From NCBI GenBank assembly GCA_900763175.1, contig CAAFJI010000200.1:1327-65326 (forward strand): a stretch of DNA of 64,000 nt, given 5' to 3'. The DNA is from Lachnospiraceae bacterium. GTDB taxonomy: Bacteria > Bacillota > Clostridia > Lachnospirales > Lachnospiraceae. The position numbers and the translations under genes were made by a program. The notes under the pieces are model-generated. The model was not told where the DNA came from. It saw nothing but the letters and a program-made list of their open reading frames with translations, and made no database searches. Positions 39,162-50,400 of the stretch are shown one piece after another (within the stretch, counting starts at the first letter, position 1; each line of letters begins with the position of its first letter).

Positions 39162-40316
39162 TTATTTGGAGATGCGGGAAAACAATTTCTTTAACAGCCC
39201 CCGTTGCTTCGGTGCCTTAGCTTCCAGTGAGGGGGCTTTCTGTATTTTCTCACGGAAGTCAGCCAGATTCTTGCACTGAGGCATTATTTTTTTTGCCTGC
39301 TTTTTGAAACTGGCAGCATTGTTATAATTTTGTGCAAGGGTTTCAAATTCTGGCATAAAAGTGAGATAATCATAGTACCACTTGAAAGCAGGCGGGAATG
39401 CTTCAAGAGGCGTAATGTCCAGCTCTTTGGCAAATGCTTCCGTCTGCGAGATAATTTCCTCCGAAATTTCCGGAATTTTTTTGTATTTACGATACCAGAT
39501 GAAAATGTCAATTAACTCACGCTCCATTACAATGGCCAGCTCACGGCCCTGGATGTTGTATTTTTTGCATTGCTCCATGATGATCCTGTAGGATTCAAAC
39601 TCGCAGTGGAAATTCCGTGCCCGGTTCCCCACGAGGGAGGCACCGTTGTTGATGCGGTAACGGACAAGGTGTTCTCTGGTAATCCAGATCTTATCCGCTG
39701 CGAAAACTGCCTCACTGTAGAAGGAACGGTCATTGACGCATACAAGATGATTAAACTGGAGCCCCTTTTCCAGAAGAAAGCTCCTCTTATAAATGGCATT
39801 CCAGGGAACCACACTGATATGGCTGAAAACCTCCGGCATCTGGGAGAAATTCAGCACACGGTCAAAGGCATCTTCCGAAACCTCCTCCAGGGAAAAAAGG
39901 GGAGTGGTGGAAATCTCGCCGGTATCGTTATCGAAGCAGCTGGAGCAGCCCTTGACAAGATCCGCATCTGCTGCACTGGCAATCTCATAATACTTCTCAT
40001 ATGCACTATCCTCCACAATGTCATCTGCATCCAGGAAATGCACATATTCTCCACGGGCTTCCTTCAGCCCTCTGTTCCTGCAGGCTCCAGCGAAACAGGT
40101 CTTTTCATTTTGAAGAAGAAGGATACGGGAATCCTTCTGCTGATATTTTTTTATAAGAGAGACGGAAGAGTCTGTGGAAGCGTCATCCACACAGATTACT
40201 TCCAGGTCTTGTATGCTTTGGTTCAGTACACTGTCCAGGGTTGCGTGAATGTATTTCTCTGCATTGTGGACAGGAATGATTACACTTAATTTCATATGGT
40301 CGGTGTCCTTTTTCAA
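39162..40316 (-). CDS. GT2-family glycosyltransferase
   Basis: LSVIIPVHN, CVDDASTD, RNRGL, FLDADD. TTG start; an alternative ATG is at 40295. Confidence 0.9.
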   Translation of the reverse strand: MKKDTDHMKLSVIIPVHNAEKYIHATLDSVLNQSIQDLEVICVDDASTDSSVSLIKKYQQKDSRILLLQNEKTCFAGACRNRGLKEARGEYVHFLDADDIVEDSAYEKYYEIASAADADLVKGCSSCFDNDTGEISTTPLFSLEEVSEDAFDRVLNFSQMPEVFSHISVVPWNAIYKRSFLLEKGLQFNHLVCVNDRSFYSEAVFAADKIWITREHLVRYRINNGASLVGNRARNFHCEFESYRIIMEQCKKYNIQGRELAIVMERELIDIFIWYRKYKKIPEISEEIISQTEAFAKELDITPLEAFPPAFKWYYDYLTFMPEFETLAQNYNNAASFKKQAKKIMPQCKNLADFREKIQKAPSLEAKAPKQRGLLKKLFSRISK

Positions 40317-40319
40317 TAT

Positions 40320-43300
40320 TTACAGTGTTTCCTTATTCTTATGCCCTCCAGAGCTCTGCGCAAATTTCATCCCCGCCAGCTCCTCCGGAAGCTCTAGGCT
40401 TCCTACATCCTTTAGAAGTTTGCAAAGAAAAGCAATCTGATGCCGGTAAGGCCGTGAGGTGCTGTAGCGTTTGGGATTAAAGGTATCAAAGCTATAGGAT
40501 GCCACAGGCGCCGCTCCAAGAAGGGTGGCAACGGTCTTAATGCTGTCTGTAGAAGTAATCACAACCTCATCAAAAGTAGCATTTCCAAGGCATTTCTCAC
40601 ATTCCTTTTTCCCAAGAGCCAGTATCCTTGGCAGCGGATAAAGAGAAGTAAGGCCAATCCTGCTGGTCAGGGCGCTGATAAATTTCCATTGGCGTCCTTT
40701 CTCCGGATCTGGTTTCAAAGGCAGGAAAGAACACTGTGGCGCCAGAGATGCAAGGTACTTAGATGCATCCGTATTGCGAAAATCGTTAAACGCCAGCCAG
40801 AATTCCTTGTCTGGTGCCTGAGTGGCAAGAGCATTAAAATCCCGGACAAGGCTCTGGGAAAGCTTCCGCCCTGTGAAAAACAGGACACGGGGACGGTGCG
40901 GCTCTATCTGAGAAGCCTGTGCAGCATCAACACTATTTATGCTGATATTTTCCGGGGATTTGTGGAAACGTACTTCTGTATCTGCCTTGTCAAAAGCTTT
41001 GTCCTCGGAAAGTCTTTCTGAACAGTGCATTTCTGGAAGAGGCCTGCCATTTAAAAGGGACTCCATCACTTTTTCCAGAGGATAGGAAAGCTCAGCGGGA
41101 AATTGCTCTTTAGAGACGGTGCTCTCAGGGGCAGCAGACGCTGAAACACGGTCTTCCGCTGAAAAGATGTTTCCGGAAAAGGCTTTTTCAGATGTTTCTG
41201 GTGCGCCGGCTGTCATTTCTGCCAGAGCTCTCAGGCAGCGTGCCAGCTCCGGCACATTATGAAATTCCGGATATTCCGGGAAAAATCCATCTTTATGGTC
41301 TGCTGACAGAGCAGAAGCTTCCTGATTCGTTTCGCCAAGACGGAAGGTACCGCACAGGAGGCGGAGAATCCTGGTGCCGTCTGGAAAGCTGGCATACAAG
41401 CCCCGGTGATAATCGGAAAGAAAGATATCACAGGCAGCAGCGAAATCCACAGTATCGAAATCACGGGGCATTTCCTGAATATGTTCAAATTCAGAAAAAT
41501 CAACCTCCTGCTCGTTTTCAAGGTGAAGATACAGCTTCTGACTGTCATCCAGCTCCTGGTCCAGAAGATAAAGCGCTGCCATAAAATCACGGAAGGTCTG
41601 AAAGGTATCTGCAATATACGTTCCCGGAAGAAGCGGCGCATAAAGAATCGTCTGCTTCCCATCCATCTGAAGGTTTCGGCGGATCCTGTCACGGTGGAAG
41701 CAATCCGGATGTATTTCAAAAGAGCCTTCAGTTCCCAGAACATAAGGGGTAGGGCAAATTGCCAAGGTCATGCAGGAACGCATATAAATGTCACGATTCT
41801 GCTCATTATTAAAATACAGACAGTCTGCCAGGAACATACTGTGCTGCCACAAACCGATGTCAGCAGTGGAGGCAGGTGTATTCAGAATCGTTTCCGGATA
41901 CAGGGTACGGCCACAGTACAGAAGGAAAAACTGTCCCACCTCTTTCTGAAAATAGTAGGGAAGGGGCCCATCTGTAACAAGATAGCCAGATAATGCCAGG
42001 GCTTTTCCATACTCCTCCGAACCAGGCTGTATCAGGGCAATATTTTTCCCTGAATAACCATCTACTGAGAGATAACGGTTCAAAAGTGCCAGCAAAAGAG
42101 GGTGCTTCTCTTCCACGAGAGAAATGACAATACGGTGCTCTCCGAAATTCTGCAAAAGGTAGATGAGCAGATTCAGCAGCCAGGAGGAGATTCCGTTTCC
42201 GTTCTGGGATTCCAGGAAAATCTGCTCCGGGTCCGGTGCCAGGCTGCCGGTATAGGCAAATTTATAAAATTGAGCCGCTGTTTTTTCCCGACCGATCATT
42301 TCCGCAGGACAGTAGATGAGATCCTTCTCATGGGCTGTCTTGTATTCTTTGATCCAGTTTTTTTGCTGCTGGGGAGACATTCCGTCACAGGCATTCAGAA
42401 AACCGATCATTTCCTCACGATTCCCATAGAGGTACATCATACGTGCAATATGAGGAGGCAGGGAATAACGGACATAGTGATTCTCTTCCCATTCTGGGAT
42501 GTTGGTTTCCATATAATCAAACAGCTCGTTAACCAGACGAAGCTTCAGGGCCTTTTTCCCGGTTTCATAGTTGGTGAGCAGCTTCCAGAATCTGTAAAAA
42601 AAGTGGCGGACTGCGATGAAGTCGATCTCTGTCAGATAACGGTCCAGGAAGCCTAACTTTTCCATCTCTTTCTTCAGGAAAATGATGGCATCCTTGATGT
42701 GAAGGGTGGCTTCGGTCAGCTTGCTGAGAAAACCTACATTTTTACGATAATTATAGAAGCATTCGTCGATATAGCCGATGGATCTGGCCTTTGCAGCCAG
42801 AAGGTAGGCCACTGGAAGATCCTCGAAGCGGATGCCTTCTGGAAAATGGAGTCCCTCAAACAAATTCCGGTGGATAAATTTGATCCAGGGATAAGGGGAA
42901 ACTGCGGGAAGCTCATAAGGCTTCTGCGCAACAGTGAAGTTCTGGTTGTAACAGCTGTTTATGTATTCCTTGCGCTGACCTGTGGCTTCGTCTACGTTAT
43001 AATAACGGAAAAGCACCAGGTCGTTGTGGTCGGTGGTGGCTTTTTCGTAAAGGAGGCGACAGGCATCCGGTTCCACATAATCATCACTGTCCACAAACCA
43101 CACATACTCTCCCCGGGACTTGAAAAAGCCGTAATTCCGGGCATGGCTGACTCCATGATTCTCCGTAGAATATACGAAAACCTTCTGAGGATAGCGCTGC
43201 TGATAAGCCTCCAGAATCTGCAGGCTTCCATCTGTGCTGCCGTCGTTTACGGCAACGATCTCTATTTCATCCAGCGTCTGGGAAATCAGGCTGTCCAGAC

Positions 43301-43364
43301 AGGGGGAAAGATATTTTTCAACATTATAAACCGGTATGATGATGCTTACCTTAAAAAAATCCAT
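40320..43364 (-). CDS. GT2 glycosyltransferase fused to a divergent CDP-glycerol glycerophosphotransferase (TagF)-like region
   Basis: VSIIIPVYNVEKYL, VNDGSTD, FVDSDD; later IFLES, KQTILYAP, CDIFLSDY resemble TagF motifs. Confidence 0.8.
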   Translation of the reverse strand: MDFFKVSIIIPVYNVEKYLSPCLDSLISQTLDEIEIVAVNDGSTDGSLQILEAYQQRYPQKVFVYSTENHGVSHARNYGFFKSRGEYVWFVDSDDYVEPDACRLLYEKATTDHNDLVLFRYYNVDEATGQRKEYINSCYNQNFTVAQKPYELPAVSPYPWIKFIHRNLFEGLHFPEGIRFEDLPVAYLLAAKARSIGYIDECFYNYRKNVGFLSKLTEATLHIKDAIIFLKKEMEKLGFLDRYLTEIDFIAVRHFFYRFWKLLTNYETGKKALKLRLVNELFDYMETNIPEWEENHYVRYSLPPHIARMMYLYGNREEMIGFLNACDGMSPQQQKNWIKEYKTAHEKDLIYCPAEMIGREKTAAQFYKFAYTGSLAPDPEQIFLESQNGNGISSWLLNLLIYLLQNFGEHRIVISLVEEKHPLLLALLNRYLSVDGYSGKNIALIQPGSEEYGKALALSGYLVTDGPLPYYFQKEVGQFFLLYCGRTLYPETILNTPASTADIGLWQHSMFLADCLYFNNEQNRDIYMRSCMTLAICPTPYVLGTEGSFEIHPDCFHRDRIRRNLQMDGKQTILYAPLLPGTYIADTFQTFRDFMAALYLLDQELDDSQKLYLHLENEQEVDFSEFEHIQEMPRDFDTVDFAAACDIFLSDYHRGLYASFPDGTRILRLLCGTFRLGETNQEASALSADHKDGFFPEYPEFHNVPELARCLRALAEMTAGAPETSEKAFSGNIFSAEDRVSASAAPESTVSKEQFPAELSYPLEKVMESLLNGRPLPEMHCSERLSEDKAFDKADTEVRFHKSPENISINSVDAAQASQIEPHRPRVLFFTGRKLSQSLVRDFNALATQAPDKEFWLAFNDFRNTDASKYLASLAPQCSFLPLKPDPEKGRQWKFISALTSRIGLTSLYPLPRILALGKKECEKCLGNATFDEVVITSTDSIKTVATLLGAAPVASYSFDTFNPKRYSTSRPYRHQIAFLCKLLKDVGSLELPEELAGMKFAQSSGGHKNKETL

Positions 43365-43594
43365 CCAATCTCCTCTTTTTGACTACAAGAAACACACGAA
43401 TTTTGTAACAATATAGTACCAGTTTGGCAGGGGGATTTCAAGGGGGATGGTGTCACTGAAATGAAAGTTTAGAGTATCTTTAGCAATTACTCACGTATTG
43501 GTCACATTTATGAAGTACGATAAACAAAATCGGGCTTAAAGAGAAGGATGCTTTTGGCCCATCGGGTAATGTAAAGGGAGGAAACAAGATAACT

Positions 43595-44197
43595 ATGACA
43601 GATAAGGAATACTATAGCCTGATTCAGCCTTATGAGGATGCGATGAAGCTTTTGCTTACCAGACTGGAGGTGCTGAATCATTCTATTTATCAGACACCAA
43701 CGGGAAATCCCATTCACAATGTGCAGTTCAGGATTAAGAAAAAGGATAGTATTGAAGAGAAGCTGAAGCTTCGTGGCTTTGAGCCTACCATAGATAATGC
43801 CAAAGACCAGCTGCAGGATATTGCCGGAATCCGTATCATTTGCTACTTTGTGGGAGATGTGAACAATCTGGTGAGTATGCTGAAAAAGCAGCCGGATCTT
43901 ATTTTTATCCGGGAGCGCAACTACATCGAAAATCCAAAACCTAACGGCTACCGCAGTCACCACCTGATCCTGGGTGTCAACGTATGCTGCCGGGATGCCA
44001 GCGAATACTATCCTGTAGAAATTCAGCTCCGCACCATTTCCATGGACTTCTGGGCTGCAATGGAACACCGTGTCTCCTATAAAAAGAACTACGACAACAA
44101 AGAAGAACGAGTAGCCGAACTCCTCCGCTACTCCAACACACTGGAACAAATGGAAAAAGAATTTGAAAAATACAATGACCATCCTATTGAGATGTGA
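43595..44197 (+). CDS. Small alarmone synthetase (RelA/SpoT-domain GTP pyrophosphokinase)
   Basis: RIKKKDSIEEK, DIAGIRII, YIENPKPNGYRSHH, EIQLRTISMDFWAAMEH. Confidence 0.92.
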   Translation: MTDKEYYSLIQPYEDAMKLLLTRLEVLNHSIYQTPTGNPIHNVQFRIKKKDSIEEKLKLRGFEPTIDNAKDQLQDIAGIRIICYFVGDVNNLVSMLKKQPDLIFIRERNYIENPKPNGYRSHHLILGVNVCCRDASEYYPVEIQLRTISMDFWAAMEHRVSYKKNYDNKEERVAELLRYSNTLEQMEKEFEKYNDHPIEM

Positions 44198-44229
44198 GAA
44201 AAATAGAACATAAGTAAGAAATAACTAAC

Positions 44230-44265
44230 GTGCCGGGTACAGAGGGGTGTATTCTGGCACTTTTT
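44230..44265 (+). terminator. Rho-independent terminator after the alarmone synthetase gene
   Basis: GTGCCGGGTACA / TGTATTCTGGCAC stem followed by TTTTT. Confidence 0.7.
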
Positions 44266-44416
44266 CGTTATCAAAATAGTTGCGGAGGAAGAGGTCTATG
44301 TTTTATAATGAAGGATATTGACTTCTGACCTTTTTGGGCTGAAAAGTGATATTTGAAGACGGCAGATTCTATATATCTGCCAATTAAGGATAAAATAGGG
44401 ATAATGAGGTAAATTT

Positions 44417-47400
44417 ATGAGAGAATTTTGCAAAAATAAGAGAGAAAAGGGATATACCCTTGCAGAGGTGCTGGCAACAGTGGCCATTCTGCTGATTCTT
44501 ATGGCAATAGCAGTTCCGGCTATTTTTACCATCAGAAAGAATCTGCGGCAGAAAGCCTTGGACAGTAAAGCCGAGCTCATCTACACCGCTGTACAGAATA
44601 ATCTGGTAAAGATGCAGAGCAATGGAAACAGCTCCATGTATGCCAAGGATAAAGCTACGCTTATGGGAGTGGTCCCTTCGGATGCCACGGAGGAGAAAAC
44701 ACTTTACTATGTGACTTCGGCTACAAAGGAAAATGCAAAAAGCGCAGCAAGTGTTCTGGTGACAGCAGATACGGTGGATGAGGATCTTTACAGCCATTAC
44801 TGGGTAGTGGAATACAATCCGGAAAGTGCCAGCGTATATGCAGTTTTTTACAGCGAGACCAGAAGTGACTATGATCCGGAGACTTACAACAGTCTTCGCT
44901 ATAAAGAAGAAAGAATGAGCGACGGTGCCAGAGTGGGATATTACGGAGGCGATGCCATTGACAGCAGCAATACCTCCACGCTTGCTCCGAAGATTTCTAT
45001 TATAAATGAAGAGAAGCTGATAGCATCTATTATCTGTATGCGTCAGGACAGCAAGGATCTCTCTTTCGAGATTACCCTGACAGATGGAGATGGGAATTCC
45101 CTGACTCTGAAATATAAACCAAGTGCAGATAAGAAGAAACTGGTTCATGATAAAGACGATCTTCATTTGGCTGCAAGTTCTGATGTGGATGAGAATGAGA
45201 GCAGTTCTATTGTAGGTAAGAAATACACACTGGATATCAACTTGGATGATCTGACAAAGGACAGCCTCAGATTTGCAGCATTATATGGAAATAAGAACAG
45301 TGATCTGACAAAGACCGGGAAGACTCCTTTAAATGCCGGCACATCTCTGAAAATTAAGGCAACTGTAAGAAGTGCCAGCTCCCGTGTTGACGGAAAATAT
45401 TCAGAAGCTGTGACAAACAGTCTGTTTGCAGACAGCAGCAGTGACACCCAGGCTTCCATTATTTACGGACGTCATCTCCAGAATCTGGACCAAGGTTCCG
45501 GCGTGTCCGCAAACATTACAGAGGCAGTACAGCAAAGTAATATCCATTTTGAAGAGCAGACAGACAAAGAAGAGGGAGATACCAGTTCCTGGTACAGCTG
45601 CTATAAAGAGAAAACCTTTACCCCGATTTCCAATGTCAATCTGAAAAGTTACAAAGGAAACAGCAATGCAGCGATTTATCATCTGACAGTGGACAAAGCT
45701 GTCCCGGTATCTTCCTCATCTGGAAGTTCTTCTGGTACATATGATGCAGGTCTTTTTGCATTTTTGAACGATGGAATGACAGTGGATGCGGTTTCACTGT
45801 CTGGTACAAGTGTGAAGATAACCGGTGAAACCAATGCCTATGTAGGAGCCCTTGCAGGAGAAACTCTTGGAAGCGCTACGATTACCAACTGCCAGGTCTT
45901 TCTGGAAAATGAAGATGTGGATGGAAAGACAGATGCGGATTCCTGGATCAGCGGCGGGCAGAAAATGGGCGGGCTGATCGGTCAGACCGGCGGAAGAGTG
46001 ACAATTACAAAAAGTTTTGCTTCCACTGTAATGGATGGCGGGGAAACAGGAACTGTAGGAGGTCTGGTCGGTGAGAACAGAGAAAGAATCCAGATCACAT
46101 CCAGCTATTCAGATTCTTATCTGACAGGAAACATAACAGCTGGAATCATTGCAAATGCCAGAAGTTCCGTGAATATCAGTTCCAGTTATACAGCCGGTTA
46201 TCAGAAAGCAAAGAGTAATGCAGGAGGCATGGTTGCCAAGGCTACTGCTACGGGAGCTGATCTTACAGATGTTTATTCTGCAGTAACTTTTGTGGATTTC
46301 ACAAACGCAGATGGATCGCTCGCAGACGCAGCCCGATATTCCATTGCACCGGGAACAGTGACGAATGGTTACTATCTGAATAAGGGAAATGTCCGTGAGG
46401 ATGATACCCATCATGACCAGGGAACGAATGTAAGCTACAAAGAGCTCAGTGACCGTGGGGCGATGGCTGCGAAACTTGGCAGTGATTTTGTGACATCCAC
46501 GACCACTCATGCCTACAATCTGAGAAATCAGGGCCTTTCCAGTTATTCCTATCCGGCCTTGAAAAATATGTCTCACTATGGGGACTGGGAAGCAAGTTAT
46601 GAGCCGGGAAGCCTTGTTTATTATGAAAAATACGAGGCAAATACCATAAGAGAAGTAGGATTTTTCGGTGGAAATATTACCTCCACGCTTCTGGATGACC
46701 AGACCATACTGGGAGATGGATATGGCGTGGTTTATCTGGACAGAGATGCACCGAAGACAGCGGTTTCACTGGAATGCCAGACCGGTGCAGATGAAAATAC
46801 GACCACAACCATTACCATTGCTCCCACAGATGCACATTATGAAGTGCAGGTAGAGAATAATACCTATCTGGTTTACCCACTGCCGACAGAGATTATAAAT
46901 GCCGCTGCCATTCCAGGAACTTTCTATCAGAAGCTCACGATCAAAGGGGAGAATGCTGTTGGCGGTACTGATGGAACCAGTACTCAGGCAGATGAGGTGA
47001 TAAATGGAAGAACCTTCTATTTCAATTCGCATTTTGCCAAAACTGTGGAAACCACAGATGAAATTCCGGCGAATCCGACGAGAATCGCAATTCGTACAGC
47101 CAGACAGCTGTATCATTTAAGCCTGTATTATAATGACTATGCTGAGATCACAAAGAGCAGCACCTTTAATCAGGAAACAGACATTGACTATACGATTTAC
47201 GATTGGACGTCTTTTGCAGGAATACAGACGGTAACGGTGCAGAGTCCTCTGGGTGTGAGAGACGGAAATCAGATTGCTTTTGAGGCAACTTATAATGGCG
47301 GTTCCCACGAAATCCGTGGAATCAGCTTCGAGGCATCCACTGCAAGAATCGGATTTATTGCAGAAAATGCAGGTGTTGTGCAGAATGTATTCCTGGTATC

Positions 47401-50400
47401 CGACTGGAAAACAGGCACTGGAGCGTCCAATCTCCATGTCAATTATAAAGGAACAATCGGAAGCAACCGTACGGTTTATGCTGGTGCGCTGGCAGGTGTG
47501 AATAAGGGAAGAATTCAGAACTGTGCAGTATGTGGCTATCAGCTTGGAGCAAGCGGCCTGATCTATGTACAGAGAAACGGAGCCCTTTATGCCGGTGGCC
47601 TGACAGGAAGCAATCAGGGAACAATTCTGAACAGCTCGGCAGATGTACCCTCCATCAGCACAAATGTACTGTACGGAAATGCATATCTGGGCGGTTTCGC
47701 TGGAGAGAATGCAGCTTCCGGAAGCATCCGAAACAGCTATGCATTAGGAAATGTATCCGTAACCTTTGCCCGTGGGGCAAACGCTGTGATCGGTGGATTC
47801 ACTGCCAGCAATGCAGGTGTTCTGCGTTCCGATTACTGTGCGGTTGCCATGACCGCAGCAGGAAGTACCAGTACCTACGGTTTTGCACCGAAAGGAAACG
47901 GCATCATTTCTTCTGACTGTTATTATCTGAACGGCGGAACATTCCTGTATCTTGGCAAAATGCTTCCATTTGATAATGACAATGCGAATGGTGGCGGAAC
48001 AGGTGTGTCCTATAATGATATGGTAGAGAAAACCGGAAACAAGGCGGTATCTTCCAGAGACCACGGCGCAACCAATGAAAGCAATTATCCATTCGGAGCA
48101 GTTGTAAGCAATGCCGCAGGAAGAATCCATTATGGAAACTGGCAGATTCCGGTAGATCTGGGCGGCATGGGTGTCATCTACTGGGAACTTGAGGAAGGCG
48201 GAGCCAACAATGGTTATCACTTCTCCTATATCGGTTATACCCAGGATGCCGAAAGCCCTTCAGATACCCTGCATATGGTAAGCGGCAGCACATTGTGTGA
48301 GCAGCACGATGACAGTGGTAAGATCCGTCAGTATGGATATGGCTATTATTATGCAAATGCCCTTTCCAGTACACAGCAGCCTGTTATGCAGACTCCTGCA
48401 GACTTCCAGACCGGTGATGTGAATGCGGAGGCATCGGCAGAACTGACTTCACGATTAGGTGGATTTACGGTAGTTGCCTATACCACCGAGCCTTCCATCG
48501 AGGGAACGGCAGGCATGGAAAATTATATGAAAATGACCCGAAAAGATCGTCAGGCAAATGGACAGTGGTCATTTGATTATAACGGACAGACTTATACCTT
48601 CACCATCAACCCATTCTTCGCAAATGCAATGCAGTATGGTGTGGATAACGGTACGACCAGAGTAAATGCCATTGCTTCCCAGAGTCTGACGATTCTGGAT
48701 GAGAATGGCGTGGAAGTACAGGCAAATGCTTCTTATCCGATGCCAGGAACAGAAGAGAATGAATATGAAATTCGCTCGGACGATCAGCTGCAGTATCTGA
48801 ACTGGAACTACAATACGGAAAATGCGTATACCATGATTGTGGAGGGGAATTACAAGGCACAGGTAGACAAATATCCGTATCTGGGATATGCATATGCAAC
48901 AACGAGTGTAAATACAAAATATTACTGGATGCAGACCCACGATGTAGATGCGGAAATGGTGCATACAGAGGTGAATCAGGACAGCAATCTGAAGTTCACA
49001 CAGATCGGTTCCATGTATGATGAAAAAGGAAAGCTGGATCAGGAAGCTGCTGCGGCATATATGACTTATTTCAGTGGCAGTTACGACGGAAATACCTACT
49101 ATATCAAGAATGTGGAAGTCGATAGTAAAAATACGGTAGTAGGTCTGTTTGGAAGTATTATCGGTGCAGATGTGCAGAATGTGATCCTATATTCTGAAAA
49201 TGGAAACTACATCCAAAGAAATCAGAACAGTCCAAGAAGCTGGTATGCAATCGGTGGATTGTGTGGTCTGGCAGCAGTGGGATCGGGAAAAGACCCGGCA
49301 GATGTAAAAATAACAAACTGTACGGTGTCCGGTTATGTGGTTCGTGATAACAGTACCCAGAGTTCCTGGGGAGATGGAAATATAGGTGGTATGTTTGGTA
49401 TGTGTACGGTCGACCTTGTGCGCTGCACTGCAGTAACAACGATCGATCTGAACACCGAGTTTGACAACACCAAGAGCGACGGTGTTTCTGTAAGAGCCGG
49501 CGGTCTGGTAGGAAGTATGAGAGGAAATATTTCTAGCTGCTATACGGGCGGCGAGATCAAATGTGAAGAACGCTGCCGGATCAATGCGGGTACCTGGGCA
49601 CCCAGTCCGCAGGGGGGATTTAAAACGAGAACAAAATTGTTCCTCGGAGGTATTACTGGTGGAATCTACATTAAAAATAAAGGAAATCTGACAGCACTGC
49701 TGGGAGGTCCTATTAAGGGATTGGAGGAACCATGGTATACATGTGGTGCAAATCAGGTTTGTACAGTGCCGACAACGGTTATCAGCAATTCCTATACCTA
49801 TATCAAAATGCCAGATGATGCGGAAACTGTCAAAGTGGCGAAATCCATTGAACCCATTGGAAGTAATGGCGAGACACCTCATGAAAACAGTTATAATCAT
49901 CATGTAAGAGTAGAAGTGAAGAACTGCTATTACTATACGAACAATATTCCGCAAAGCAGTTTGAAGCAGTTTACAGTGGGTAATGCGAATAACAGTAATA
50001 GCTGGGGCAATTTTACAAATATTGTTAGTGATGCCATGGCAATCTCCTGGGATCAGCTTGCAGGCAATGCTCCAATCGAGAAGAATGGTACCAGCAAGAC
50101 TCTTCTGGAATGGCTGAATACAAACAATTCCACTCCTTTTGAGACCGTTACTACCACAGAAAACGGCCAGAACGTAAGTGGTAAGTATTCCTTCCCGGGA
50201 GATCGTACAGATCTGAACGGAGAGGATTATCCATTCCCAACCGTTCTTCAGCAGGAAGCCGGAAACGGTCATGTAAATGTTCACTATGGAGAATGGCCTC
50301 TGGAAGGTATTTACTGGAAAGAAAGCCGTGCAACCATGGATATTTATGAGGATCTGGTTCTCACAGAAGGGGATGATTACGGAATTGCCCTGAAAGATTT

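Noticed and set aside
43595..44197. Alarmone synthetase as a toxSAS toxin-antitoxin module
   Set aside because: It is monocistronic with its own terminator, has no adjacent antitoxin ORF, and looks like a housekeeping RelP/RelQ-type enzyme.
44266..44416. c-di-GMP riboswitch upstream of the pilus operon (as in some clostridia)
   Set aside because: No class I (GCAAA...GAAA...GACGCAAAGC) or class II consensus is visible; only a short GGCAGAT/ATCTGCC hairpin.
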